NCBI RefSeq assembly: GCF_001194135.2
Contig: NC_068988.1
Span: 95,294,453-95,358,452 of the forward strand
Direction of reading: 5' to 3'
DNA: 64,000 nucleotides
Origin: Octopus bimaculoides
Lineage: Eukaryota
Made by a program: the position numbers and the translations under genes. The notes below the pieces were generated by a model that saw only the letters and a program-made list of their open reading frames with translations, searched no databases and was not told the DNA's origin. Shown here piece by piece: positions 51,065-62,715 of the stretch (positions are counted from its first letter, which is position 1; every line of letters begins with the position of its first letter).

Positions 51065-51477
51065 CGATATGTTACATATATATATCATATCATACCGTGA
51101 TACACCTCTTCGACAGAAAGAAATAAGGAAAAAAAAGACAGAGAGAGAATGAAAAGAATTTGTAGATACCAGCGGTCCATTATGGCGAATATATACATAT
51201 ATATATATACATACACACGCACACAAGGAGAGAGTGCAAGCGAGATCCCTTTCTCGCTTGTAATGTTTATGAAATCCTTCTTTCGTTCTCTCTTTCTCTT
51301 TCTCACTTTCATTCATTCCAGCCGTTCATCTCTCTTTCTCTCTTCGTCTCTCTCGTTCGTTCTCGTTCCTATAGTCTTTGTCATCGTTCTTCCTTTTTTA
51401 CCAAAATATGACCTCGTTAACAAATCCAACCAGTGTCTATTCTCTGCTCTTTTGTCTTTTCTCTACTCTAACTCATA

Positions 51478-51532
<55 letters not shown>

Positions 51533-52084
51533 NNNNNNNNNNNNNNNNNNNNNNNNNNNNNNNNNNNNNNNNNNNNNNNNNNNNNNNNNNNNNNNNNNNN
51601 NNNNNNNNNNNNNNNNNNNNNNNNNNNNNNNNNNNNNNNNNNNNNNNNNNNNNNNNNNNNNNNNNNNNNNNNNNNNNNNNNNNNNNNNNNNNNNNNNNNN
51701 NNNNNNNNNNNNNNNNNNNNNNNNNNNNNNNNNNNNNNCCTCCCCTTCTTTACTCTCTTCCCCTCACCCCGCCCCCCACATCCACACACACATACTCTTA
51801 TAATCCTTAATCTCTATTTAATCATCGCCTCCTCCCACTCTCTTCAACGCTCTGATTCTCTCGCTCAATCTCTTCCTCATTACCTCCCTCATTATCCTTC
51901 TCAATCAAATTCCCTCTCTTCCGTCTGCGCCCCCTCACTCTCCTTTGGCCTTCAACCACGTCTCTCTCTCTCTCTCTCTCTTCTCTCTGGTCATTGATAT
52001 TCCTTATTTCTTAATTTCCACCCGACTACATCACTATTTCTTATCCTCACTTCTCAGTTGTAAACACTCACACACACACACACA

Positions 52085-52089
<5 letters not shown>

Positions 52090-52117
<28 letters not shown>

Positions 52118-52176
52118 CCACGCATACACAGACGTACGTACACAAATATATACACACAGACGCACACACAGAGGAG

Positions 52177-52209
<33 letters not shown>

Positions 52210-52500
52210 NNNNNNNNNNNNNNNNNNNNNNNNNTATATATCCACGAACACACACGTATACAAATATATACACAGAGACGCAAACACACACACGTATATC
52301 CACGTACACACACACGTACATAAATATATACGCACAGACGCACACACAAACACACACACGTGAACATATATATCCACGAACACACATATACATGTACACA
52401 AATATATACACACAGACTCAAACACACACACACACACACATATATATATCCACGTACACACACACACACGTACACACACACGTACACACACACACGTACA
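52090..52500. repeat. Higher-order repeat of 55-75-bp units built from CA/TA microsatellite
   Basis: ATATCCACG anchor recurs near 52095, 52240, 52297, 52370 and 52447, usually followed by AAATATATAC. Confidence 0.7.
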
Positions 52501-53097
52501 CAAACACATACACACAGATGCACACACACTCACACATATCGTTCTCTCCATCCTTCTGTCCCCACCACCTGTCCCCTCCACCTCTCCCTATGTCGTCTCT
52601 ACAGAAGCAAACCCTCCTTTCTTTATTACTCCACTCATTTTGCATCACTGCTGTCCGTTGCGCCGCTCTATCCTCCTCCCCCCCCCCGCCCCCGTCGCAA
52701 GTGTCTCTCTCAACTGAGCTCATTTGCAATCTCTAATTATGACCAATCGCAAAGTTAGGGGGCGGTCAGACTGTGCCAGCGAGAAAATATGTCACAGACT
52801 TTTAGGGTGATTACCATCAGTTAAAGAGCAATTATAACCAGGGAGACTTTCACCAACTAATAGCTGATTGCACTTCCCAACCTTTTTTCACACTCCTCAT
52901 AATCCACACACACACACACACACACACAAGAAACTGTGAGTCCCTTTTATACTCATATGTCCTGTCCAGCCCCACTTTATCATCTCCTACTTTCCACGCT
53001 TCCACACTCATATTTTAATTCACACATTCTTTCCTCTTTCCCTCTCTTTCTATCTCTTATTTTCTCTAACTCTCCTCTTGTTCGTTATCTTTCCCTC

Positions 53098-53168
<71 letters not shown>

Positions 53169-54025
53169 GACTATCATCCGTTCGGCGCTAAGCTGACAAT
53201 TACTGTACACTAATTCCATACACTGGTCTTGCTCCGACAGCAATTGCGGTTAATAAAACTTCTTCAATCACCGCTAACTCTTACAACTTCTGCAGTAAAA
53301 ACATAATAAAACCACGAAACAAAAAAAACTTAAATTAAGAAGCCGGTTTGTGTCACACTCCGTTGTTCTGTGTAATGCATGGAACCACTTTCTCCCTTTC
53401 TCTCGCTCCCTCCGTTGAGTGTCTCTCTTGTGATGCTTAACTTGAAGTTAAGAGAAGAAGTCAAAGGGACACAACAACGGCAATGGAAGACAAGCACAAC
53501 TAAATGGAAATTAACATTTGGCTTTTGTTTTCTCTGTTTTGCTTTGTTTTTCTTTTTGTTTTTTTTTCGGAAGTGCTGTATTTGGAGAGCACATGTGGTC
53601 AAGTGGATGGGGCAGTAAACAACAAGCCCAGAGGTCAATAGTGTGGGTCACCTCACTGGCATCGTGATATTTATAGATCCGAGAATTTCATGTCCACCGA
53701 TTCATTTCAACCGGGCGCCGCATGTGACACGGCTCACTGCGACAGAACTGACCTTTTCATTAGTTGGATACTGGGTTCAAATCGAGTAGAGACGCGTTCT
53801 GAGAGAAATTAATGTCCCACCCCCTTAACTCGACTGGAAATAACTACCAGTGTTACACATCGTTGTAGTTGGCGAAAACAATAGAAATCTATGTTATTTG
53901 TGATATGAATTGACTCAGATAGGTGAGTCATTGAGATATTTGTTTAGTGCTAATCGATGGCTTAGCTTCTTCCATCACTATCGATAGGTTATGTCCTCTC
54001 GTAAAGACACTTAACTGTCTTGCAG

Positions 54026-54178
54026 AGAATAGTCCAGTTCGCTGTAAAGAGACATGTTGAAGAAAAGCAGTCGAGTCCTGTTGAAGAAACAGAAGACATT
54101 GAAATTGATTTGAGTAATTCTGAGTTCAAATATTTCTCTACAGCAAAGAAGAGGAACGAAAACACTCAATCGCTCTGA
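54026..54178 (+). CDS. Probable terminal coding exon (RIVQFAVKRHVEEKQSSPVEETEDIEIDLSNSEFKYFSTAKKRNENTQSL*)
   Basis: Acceptor ttaactgtcttgcag|A, 50 open codons with E/K/S-rich composition, TGA at 54176-54178; phase 0 matches the upstream exon. Confidence 0.6.
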   Translation, partial: RIVQFAVKRHVEEKQSSPVEETEDIEIDLSNSEFKYFSTAKKRNENTQSL

Positions 54179-54254
54179 CTCTTCTCGGATAATCAAGAAT
54201 GAAAGTTTTAAAAGCAGAAGCAGTGAAACCTGAATCCTTATCTCCTGGCAGCTG

Positions 54255-54291
54255 TTTTTTGTTGTTGTTTTGTTGCTGCTGCTGTTGTTGC

Positions 54292-54355
<64 letters not shown>

Positions 54356-54361
54356 GCTGTT
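54255..54361. repeat. (GTT)n microsatellite just downstream of the putative stop codon
   Basis: Direct reading. Confidence 0.95.
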
Positions 54362-54957
54362 TAGGCCTCTGATCAGCCTTAATCCATTAAAATATCCCGG
54401 ATGCGACCATTGTACTTTTCACTTAGATACTCTGCACCTAAGTCTATATCGTCCCCTCTTCCTCGTCAAATTGAGGGTCATTTGGAGGAGATTTCTAGCA
54501 AGTCGAGCGATTACACATTGGCTCCCTCCTTCTAACTAACAAAACTCTCTGTAGGACATGAACAAAGAACTACGAACCAATCAAATATTCACTTCAACCC
54601 CATTGCTACTGCTGCTGCTACTGCTGCTACTACTACTACTACTACTGCCGCCGATTACCGTGGTGAACTGTTCGATCTCATTGGTCTTACATTTACCAAC
54701 AATAACTACACACAAACTGCTGACTTCTCTTTGGAACTACCATCTTCTGTTGGAATCGTGGATCTTTTTCTGTGACAAATCGGTTGAGTATACCTTACAT
54801 TGACTGACCATAGGAATGACTTCGACTCCCAGAAATTGATATTTTGATTGTCCCGTAATCGAACACACGGCAAAGAGAATAAGCTGAGAAATATTTCTGA
54901 TGCCTCAAAATACCATTTGATAAAATGGAATAGAAGCGACTCGACCTTCAAGTGTTT

Positions 54958-55001
54958 GATGCTGAAGAGGAGATAACTACACCAAAATGCATGCGTCCAT
55001 C
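54958..55001 (+). ncRNA. Minimal type I hammerhead motif, copy 1 of tandem pair (G12 lost, stem II mismatch, intact GUC site)
   Basis: GATG-CTGAAGA-GGAG-ataacta-CACC-AAAA-TGCATGCG-TC-CATC. Confidence 0.7.
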
Positions 55002-55257
55002 GGTTTGGCTAGGGGGTGCTTCGAATTGACTTAATCTCTTTGCACCTATTTCTCTACAGTGGGAAATTTTCTCCAAGGCAAAATACAGTGAACAGCTTTC
55101 TTGCGAGCCCGAATATGCCTCAAGCTTTACGCTTTTATTTCATATTTTATAACTGCAGACTCGCAAATTAACGCAATCTGTCACAATACGCTGACTAGAA
55201 TATGACAACAGAGATCTGTCTCAAGTCAGACCGTTGCGTCCCTTCCTTGAAGTTCTT

Positions 55258-55297
55258 GATGCTGAAGAGGAGATAACTACTCCGAAATGCATGCTTC
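55258..55297 (+). ncRNA. Minimal type I hammerhead motif, copy 2 of tandem pair (core and stem II intact, substrate strand decayed)
   Basis: GATG-CTGAAGA-GGAG-ataacta-CTCC-GAAA-TGCATGC-TTC; exactly 300 nt after copy 1. Confidence 0.7.
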
Positions 55298-55854
55298 TTG
55301 CGTATTTGAACTGGTAACAAGTTTATATATAAATATAACAATATGACAAAATAGTTAAAACGAGAAGCACGTTTTGTTTGTTTTTGTTTTCAACACCAAT
55401 ATTTTCCTGTCTGATCACAATTTACTAGCCTCGTTATCGATACGTCATAGAAGGAAGTTTGCTTTATGCTGCATTGCAAAGTAGCTGACTTGTTTTTGTT
55501 TTTTTATTCATGCTTCAAATCCTATATAAAGATTAAATTTAACCATGAATGGTCCACAGAATTTAGATTTATTGCTGAAAGTTTAAAATGCTAAGGAAAT
55601 TAGCAGAAAGGGAAAAGATATAGCTTGGTCAATGACACACCACCATAAATAGAGATAAGGTTGGCACCTGTACTGTTTGTGCATCATTATGGTCATCATT
55701 TCTCTTTCTGGTTCCATGATCTCAGAATGGTAAAATCTTGGCTATAGAACTGTATAAAGTTTACCATGCTGTGAAATACCATCAGTCGTACAGAAGAATT
55801 GGTTATGGATTAAAAATTGACAAAGGAATATCAAATATCTCTGCTGGCGGCGTG

Positions 55855-56085
55855 AAGTCTGGTTCTGAATTTGGTGGCTTCAAACATTGCTGACAAGGCA
55901 AGAGTATCCGATGGAAAACATGACCGTTTTCTTCAAACTCTAAAAATGGTTCGAAACAACATTAATCGTATAAATTGTCCGGTGCATATTTTGCGCAATG
56001 CAACACGATTTGGTACAGAAAAATTGGAATTTAATGTTGAAGGTATCTTAGTCAAAATGTGCAACAATTTCAAAATTGGAAAACG
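55855..56085 (+). mobile_element. hAT-superfamily transposase remnant
   Basis: LVASNIADKARVSDGKHDRFLQTLK..NCPVHILRNATRFGTEKLEFNVEGILVKMCNNF: CxxH motif and following helix typical of hAT transposases. Confidence 0.6.
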
Positions 56086-56166
56086 AACTTTTTTTTTTAA
56101 CCACGAAAAAAACAAATAGAAAAACGAGACAGGCAAGATAAAGAACAATCTCTTTATCAGTTGTCC

Positions 56167-56226
56167 ACTGTTTTATCTACTCCACATTTCGATCGTTAGG
56201 ACAAGATGCATCTTCGTCAAAACAGT
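56167..56226 (-). ncRNA. Decayed hammerhead-like motif
   Basis: Minus strand ACTGTTT-TGACGA-A-GAT..ATC-GAAA-TGTGGAGTAG-ATA-AAACAGT: perfect 7-bp stem I, C3 missing. Confidence 0.4.
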
Positions 56227-56353
56227 CTCTCCGGCAAAGGAAATTGAATAACATTTGGGATTTGCGGAGGGTCAAAAGTGGTGACAAAAACAGTTATTTT
56301 AACTGTCCTGAAATGACTGAAACAAGTAAAAGAGAGTATATATATATATATAT

Positions 56354-56511
56354 AACGGGCTTCTTCCAGTTTCCGTCTACCAAATGTACTCACAAAGCTT
56401 TGGTCGGCCTGAGACTATAGTAAAAGACAGTTGCCCAAGTTGCCACGCAGTGGGACTGAACCCGGAACCATGTGGCTGGGAAGCAAACTTCTTAACACAC
56501 AGCCACGCCTG
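56354..56511 (-). mobile_element. SINE family B, 5' half
   Basis: cgggcttcttccagtttccgtctacc..gggactgaacccggaaccatgtgg..cacacagccacgcct. Confidence 0.85.
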
Positions 56512-56705
56512 AGCCGATATATTTAATAAAATAACTGACCTTTACGGGGTAAATTTTATAAAAATGCTTTGAAAATGATCAAAACCAACTGACACGCACG
56601 TATGCAATGTCCCCAGAGAGATGGCTTTGAATATGTAGCTATGCATTATGACTGCCAGAAGTAAGGCATCGTTTTACAATCACTCGCTTGATATCTAAAG
56701 ACACT

Positions 56706-57134
56706 AAGGCGGCGAGCTGGCAGAATCGTTAGCGCGCCGCGCGAAATGCTTATCCGTATTTCGTCTGTCTTTACGATCTGAGTTCAAATTCCGCCAAGGT
56801 CGACTTTGCCTTTCATCCTTTCGGGGTCGATAAATAAAGTACCAGTTACGCACTGGCGTCGATGTAATCGACTTAATCTCCTTATTTGTCCCCCCTCCCC
56901 TATGTTTAGCCCCTTCTGGGCAATAAGGAAATAAGAAATGTTAGCACGCCGGACGAAATGCTCAGCGATATTTTGTCTGCCGTTATGTTTTGAGTTCAAA
57001 TTTCGCCGAGGTCGACTTTGCCTTTCATCCTTTCGGGGTCGATAGATTAAGTACCAGTTGCGTACTGGGATCGATCTAATCGACTGGCCCCCTCCCCCAA
57101 AATTTCGGGCTTTTTGCCTAGAGTAGATAAGGAT
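56706..57134 (+). mobile_element. SINE family A, tandem dimer
   Basis: Two cores joined by ctatgtttagccccttctgggcaataaggaaataag. Confidence 0.85.
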
Positions 57135-57164
57135 ATCTGAAGATACTAAAAGGCATTCGCCGGT

Positions 57165-57262
57165 CCGGAGCAATAGCAAAAAAACACTTGTCCAATGTTC
57201 TGCGTGGTAGAACTAAACCCAAAATCACACGGTTACAAAGCCAGCTTCCTAATCACACACTC
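57165..57262 (-). mobile_element. SINE family B, degenerate head
   Basis: acacttgtccaatgttctgcgtggtagaactaaaccc..gcttcctaatcacac. Confidence 0.55.
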
Positions 57263-57517
57263 GTGTGTGTCTGTGTGTGTGTGTGTGTGTGTATTTACTA
57301 TTTGTGTGTAACATGCGAACGTATGTGTATGTGCACTCAGTGTAGCGATTCTGAAAGACTAAAAAATCCCACGAAATACGGAACGGAGGAGGCTTGAGAG
57401 ATTATGAAGAATTGTGACGGAGATAGTTGGACATGGGAATATAATTGAGACGGAAGTCGTTTCTCTTGGATTACATTTTACTCACCAGACGTGAAACGTA
57501 ATATGAATGTGTGTGTT

Positions 57518-57614
<97 letters not shown>

Positions 57615-57924
57615 ATGCCTAGGTGTTTAGTCGGCAATTGCCTCTAATCCCTGCACAGGTACAAAGATGAAAGATAAAGCCTCTTCTGCCGAGGAAGCTG
57701 AATAAATCATACGCAGCTTTACTGCGTCGGATGAAATGGAACCAGTTCTGTCGGTTCATGGGACAGGACGTGATCACACTGTCTAACTAAAACTAAGACA
57801 AGGCCTCAATGGGATCACACGATCTGCTAGAAATAGCACCTAAATCTATATTATAACCGCAGCAGAGCATTTGCGAAAATAAAAGATACATCAACTAACA
57901 CAGCCCTAGAATCAATGACTACAA

Positions 57925-58004
57925 GGGATGAAAGGATGAAAGGCAAAGTCGACCTCGGCGGAATTTGAACTCAGAACGTAGCGGCAGACGAAATACCGCT
58001 AAGC
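57925..58004 (-). mobile_element. SINE family A, 5' part, abuts (TA)n and gap
   Basis: ggatgaaaggcaaagtcgacctcggcggaatttgaactcagaacgt. Confidence 0.85.
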
Positions 58005-58346
58005 ATATATATATATATATATATANNNNNNNNNNNNNNNNNNNNNNNNNNNNNNNNNNNNNNNNNNNNNNNNNNNNNNNNNNNNNNNNNNNNNNNNNNN
58101 NNNNNNNNNNNNNNNNNNNNNNNNNNNNNNNNNNNNNNNNNNNNNNNNNNNNNNNNNNNNNNNNNNNNNNNNNNNNNNNNNNNNNNNNNNNNNNNNNNNN
58201 NNNNNNNNNNNNNNNNNNNNNNNNNNNNNNNNNNNNNNNNNNNNNNNNNNNNNNNNNNNNNNNNNNNNNNNNNNNNNNNNNNNNNNNNNNNNNNNNNNNN
58301 NNNNNNNNNNNNNNNNNNNNNNNNNNNNNNNNNNNNNNNNNNNNNG

Positions 58347-58443
58347 ATCGATCAATTAAGTACCAGTCGCATAATGGGGTCGATTTAATCGATTGGCACC
58401 CTCCCAAAAAATTTCGAGCATTGTGCCTAGAGCGGAAAAGAAT
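58347..58443 (+). mobile_element. SINE family A, 3' part, abuts gap
   Basis: aattaagtaccag..ggggtcgatttaatcga..ttgtgcctagagcggaaaagaat. Confidence 0.8.
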
Positions 58444-58546
58444 ATCAGCTTTTAATGCCATGATGGAATTTTGGTGGGAGCTCTTAATTATATTGGTTTA
58501 ATTGTTACAGTAAATTAACACAGGCCATTCCTCTCTGCCTCTCATT

Positions 58547-58584
<38 letters not shown>

Positions 58585-59004
58585 TCTTTCTCTCTCTCTC
58601 CTCTTTCTCTCTCTCTCTCTCTCTCTCACTCTCTCCCTCTCTCTCTCTCTGTCTCTCTCTCTCGCTCCAGCATCTCTAAGGCTTTACAGCCTTCTATATA
58701 TTGTTTCTTCATTGGATAGGTTATACTTCTTTGCTGGCAAAGGCGTTTCCTTCGGAAAGATGACGTCATATTGGAGGTGAATACAAACACTATGCGTTCT
58801 CTCCCTCCTTCCATGTTTCTCTCCCCATCTTTCTGTATGTTTGTGTATATGTGATTAAGTATGTTTATGCGCATATATATGCATATATACATATGCAGAG
58901 GTATATTTATATGTGTATATACAGACACAAATCGAAATATATGTGTATATATATACATATGCATATGCAGCTAACTATATGTAAAACAAATATCTACATA
59001 CATA

Positions 59005-59124
59005 CAGTGTGACCATAAAGTCTAAATACAAGAAATATGTCTAATATTCTTGTCTTTTTTTTCCTTCCGCAGATTAAATACGGGTTTGTCTAGAGAAGAA
59101 ATACATCCAGACTTTACGGTCGCC

Positions 59125-59127
<3 letters not shown>
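59005..59127. mobile_element. Tc1/mariner-type MITE
   Basis: TA|CAGTGTGACCATAAAGTCT ... AGACTTTACGGTCGCCCTG|TA: 19-bp TIRs with 3 mismatches and TA target duplication. Confidence 0.75.
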
Positions 59128-59184
<57 letters not shown>

Positions 59185-59898
59185 TGACACACACAGGTCT
59201 GCACACACAGGTCTGCACACATAGACAGAGATAGGCAGGAAAGCACTTAGAAAAAAATGACCGACCCCCAGACTGTAATTACTCTCTTTTGTAACTTCTG
59301 TGATGACATCTTCTGTTTGCAGTGATTGCTTCGTCCTCACCACATCTAACACCTCACTAACATCTAATCAAACTACACATTATATATAAAACATCCATCA
59401 GTTTGCCACCTTCCACAATCCACACACAGCACAAATAAGCAAAAATATTGTGTTCTTTGTGGAAAAAAAAAAGAAAACTACACAAGATATAGCCTCGGGT
59501 GTTTTTCTTTATCTTTGCAGTACATGGGCGTTTTCATCTGTTCATCACAAAGGAAAAAAAATGAAAACATTTTTCGCAGATTGTCTTTTCAATTTATATA
59601 AACATGTCTTCCTCTTTCTCCCTTTCTCTTTGTGTGTATGTTTGAGTGTGTGTATGTATATATATAAATATATATGTGTGTATATATATGTATGTATATC
59701 AACACATGCATATATAAACATATATGCGTACATATATACTTATATATTTATGTCTGTGTGTAAATATATATATATATATATAAACACATATACACACAGA
59801 GCCGGGTAAATGTATGTATATATATATGTATTTGATTGTCTCCTAAATTATCCACTTCCTTTTACGCATGTTTATATAACAATTTTGATGTTGATAAT

Positions 59899-59899
<1 letters not shown>

Positions 59900-59931
<32 letters not shown>

Positions 59932-60020
59932 AAGAAGAAGAAGAAGAAGAAGACCCACAACAACAACAACGACAACAATAGCAACAACAGCAGCAGCAGC
60001 AGCAGCAGCGGCAACAACAT
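59900..60020. repeat. (AAG)n(AAC)n(AGC)n compound microsatellite
   Basis: Direct reading. Confidence 0.9.
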
Positions 60021-60723
60021 CAAGAATCTGATAACAACAAACAAATAACACAACAATATTTATATCGATGGACGTTCCCTTCATCGACTATCGACAGGCG
60101 ATTAAGGCAGCTCATTGAATGTGGGTGTGTTGGTGTGGGTCTGTGTTCACGTACCCATATATATATATTTATTAATACGAAGAGATCTATCATATATACA
60201 TATATATTATACATAAACACTTACAAATATATGTGTATATATGTATATTGTGGTTTGTATTTATTTCAGATGTCTTTTACTAAATTCGTTTCATTGTCCA
60301 ATGCTATCTGCTCAAATGCAGTTCCATCTGTGCAAATGTTTATTTATTTTATATTTCTTCCTCTTTTCTCTAATACATGCTTCACCACAATTACAAAACC
60401 ACACAAAAAAACTAATAATAATTTTTAAAAATTTCTATAGGAAAATAAATATAAATAAAAGTGAAAAAGCAGGAAAATAAATTTAAAAAAAAACAATAAC
60501 ATTAATGCTAATAACTGTGTTCTTTATTCGCCAAAAGGGCAACAAAGAGGCAAACATGTTCAGTACAATGCGATCTTTACAAATACAAGACAATAGGAAT
60601 AAACAAACATATTTGATATCATGTATGTACGAATGTTTGTCTGTGTGGTTAGTTTTGTATAGTATTGCTGTCTATCTGGACATATATATGAATGCATGCG
60701 TTTCTAACGTTTACTATTAGAAG

Positions 60724-60755
60724 GCACAACAACAACAGCAACGACAACAACAACG

Positions 60756-60810
<55 letters not shown>

Positions 60811-60824
60811 TAATAATAATAATG

Positions 60825-60894
<70 letters not shown>

Positions 60895-60948
60895 TGGTAG
60901 TAGGAATTCTTATTATTACTATCATCATCATCATCATCATCATCATTA
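60724..60948. repeat. (AAC)n(AAT)n(CAT)n compound microsatellite
   Basis: Direct reading. Confidence 0.95.
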
Positions 60949-61168
60949 TTCGATACAAACTACCGAAACAAAATTATCTATCGTCTATGTCTTGAGATTT
61001 CTCTCTTCCAATTCCATTCACGTTAATCTACTTGTCGTCGCTTCTGTGCAGCGAATAGACACATACTTGTACACGCAGAGAAATACAGACCTCGATATAC
61101 GTGGACATATGTAGATACACACACATGCACACAGGCATAGCTATGCATACACACACAAACACACAGAC

Positions 61169-61220
<52 letters not shown>

Positions 61221-61221
61221 G

Positions 61222-61420
61222 AAGAAAGAAAAGGATAAAGAGACCAATGGCAAAGTTTTTATGGATAAAGTCTTACAGCTGTTTCAGGGAAAATCCAATG
61301 TATCCCTTCATCGGAGACGGTCATAGTAAAAGAATGGATTTTCCCTGAAACAGCTGTAAGACTTCATCCATAAAATATAATTCTAACTTTGCCATTGTTC
61401 TCTTTATCCATTTCTTTCTT
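61222..61420. mobile_element. Inverted-repeat element carrying a hammerhead motif (PLE-like inverted terminus)
   Basis: About 77-85-bp arms (61222-61298 vs 61335-61420) sharing GTCTTACAGCTGTTTCAGGGAAAATCCA. Confidence 0.7.
61270..61318 (-). ncRNA. Minimal type I hammerhead motif with U4C change; same family as 11485
   Basis: Minus strand GTCT-CCGATGA-AGGGA-loop-TCCCT-GAAA-CAGCTG-TA-AGAC: perfect stems I and II, palindromic stem III. Confidence 0.65.
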
Positions 61421-61565
61421 TATACATATACACGCTAATACACGACCCATGTTATATTCCCCACTCATGTTTATACAACGAAAGGGGCAAAACTAGAAGG
61501 TATACAGCACTTACCCGGTATTACCTGTATCTTTGGGTTTGGTTGAATCCAATACCCTTCATAAC

Positions 61566-61615
<50 letters not shown>

Positions 61616-61640
61616 GCGTATTCTCACAGAATATTATTAA

Positions 61641-61684
61641 TAGTGACTTCGAAGTTTCGGGCAGTTGATCCGTCGTCGGGCCCT
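61641..61684 (-). mobile_element. Single copy of the 38260-38363 family
   Basis: Minus strand CCGACGA-CGGATCAACTGCCC-GAAA-CTTCGAAG-TC-ACT. Confidence 0.5.
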
Positions 61685-61687
61685 CTT

Positions 61688-61737
<50 letters not shown>

Positions 61738-61874
61738 GCGTGTGTGTATGTGTGTGTGTACGTGTGTGTAAACATACATTATGTTACCGGTTTATGGTAT
61801 AATATTTGTCTTATTTTAATTATACATTTGTTAATCATATTCAATATGGTATTAATTAATTTTTAATTCATCTA

Positions 61875-61908
<34 letters not shown>

Positions 61909-62590
61909 TATATATATTCACCTCTCGTACCTTCTGACGTTTTATAGTTTATGTATGTACGTGTATATGTATGTATGTATGTAAGTAAGTATGTATCTCC
62001 GTCCATATTTAAATATCGTCCTATCTTCAACATTCAGCATCTCTGTTGATTTAAACTCCAGGTCACAGTTTCTTGTTCCCTGTTCCTCCCCAAACATCCA
62101 AAATATATCGAAGATACATTGAAAAGTTTACATCTGTTTTACCGATTCTTTTCACAATGTTCTCGTTTGTTTTATGTTATACTTTATTGTATCATTTTAT
62201 TTTATTTTTATGCTTAGTCTGTTTTCCCATTCTCCAATAGAATATTGTGTTTCAACTCGTTTCGTTAACTTTGTCATTCCTGGTTTTCTATTGACTATTT
62301 GTCAATTCTAGTTTTCTATTCTTATTTTATTTTATCTATTTTATTTTGATTTGATTTTACATTTTTGCAACTTCTTAAGTTGATCTCTCTGCTTTCTTAC
62401 ATTATTGTATCATTGGTGATAAATATAAATAAAATACAAACAAAAATTTCTTTGATGATTTTTTCCAACAAAACTATTTCAATATATTCGGTTCTTGTAT
62501 TTTTAATTACCATCTTAGTTTTCCTTTCTCCCCTTCATTTTCATATCCATTCTAATACCAAACAATTATTTGCTATTTATCATCTCAATA

Positions 62591-62642
<52 letters not shown>

Positions 62643-62681
62643 TCTGCCTCTATCTCGCAAAAACAATGATATGTATAACAA

Positions 62682-62715
<34 letters not shown>

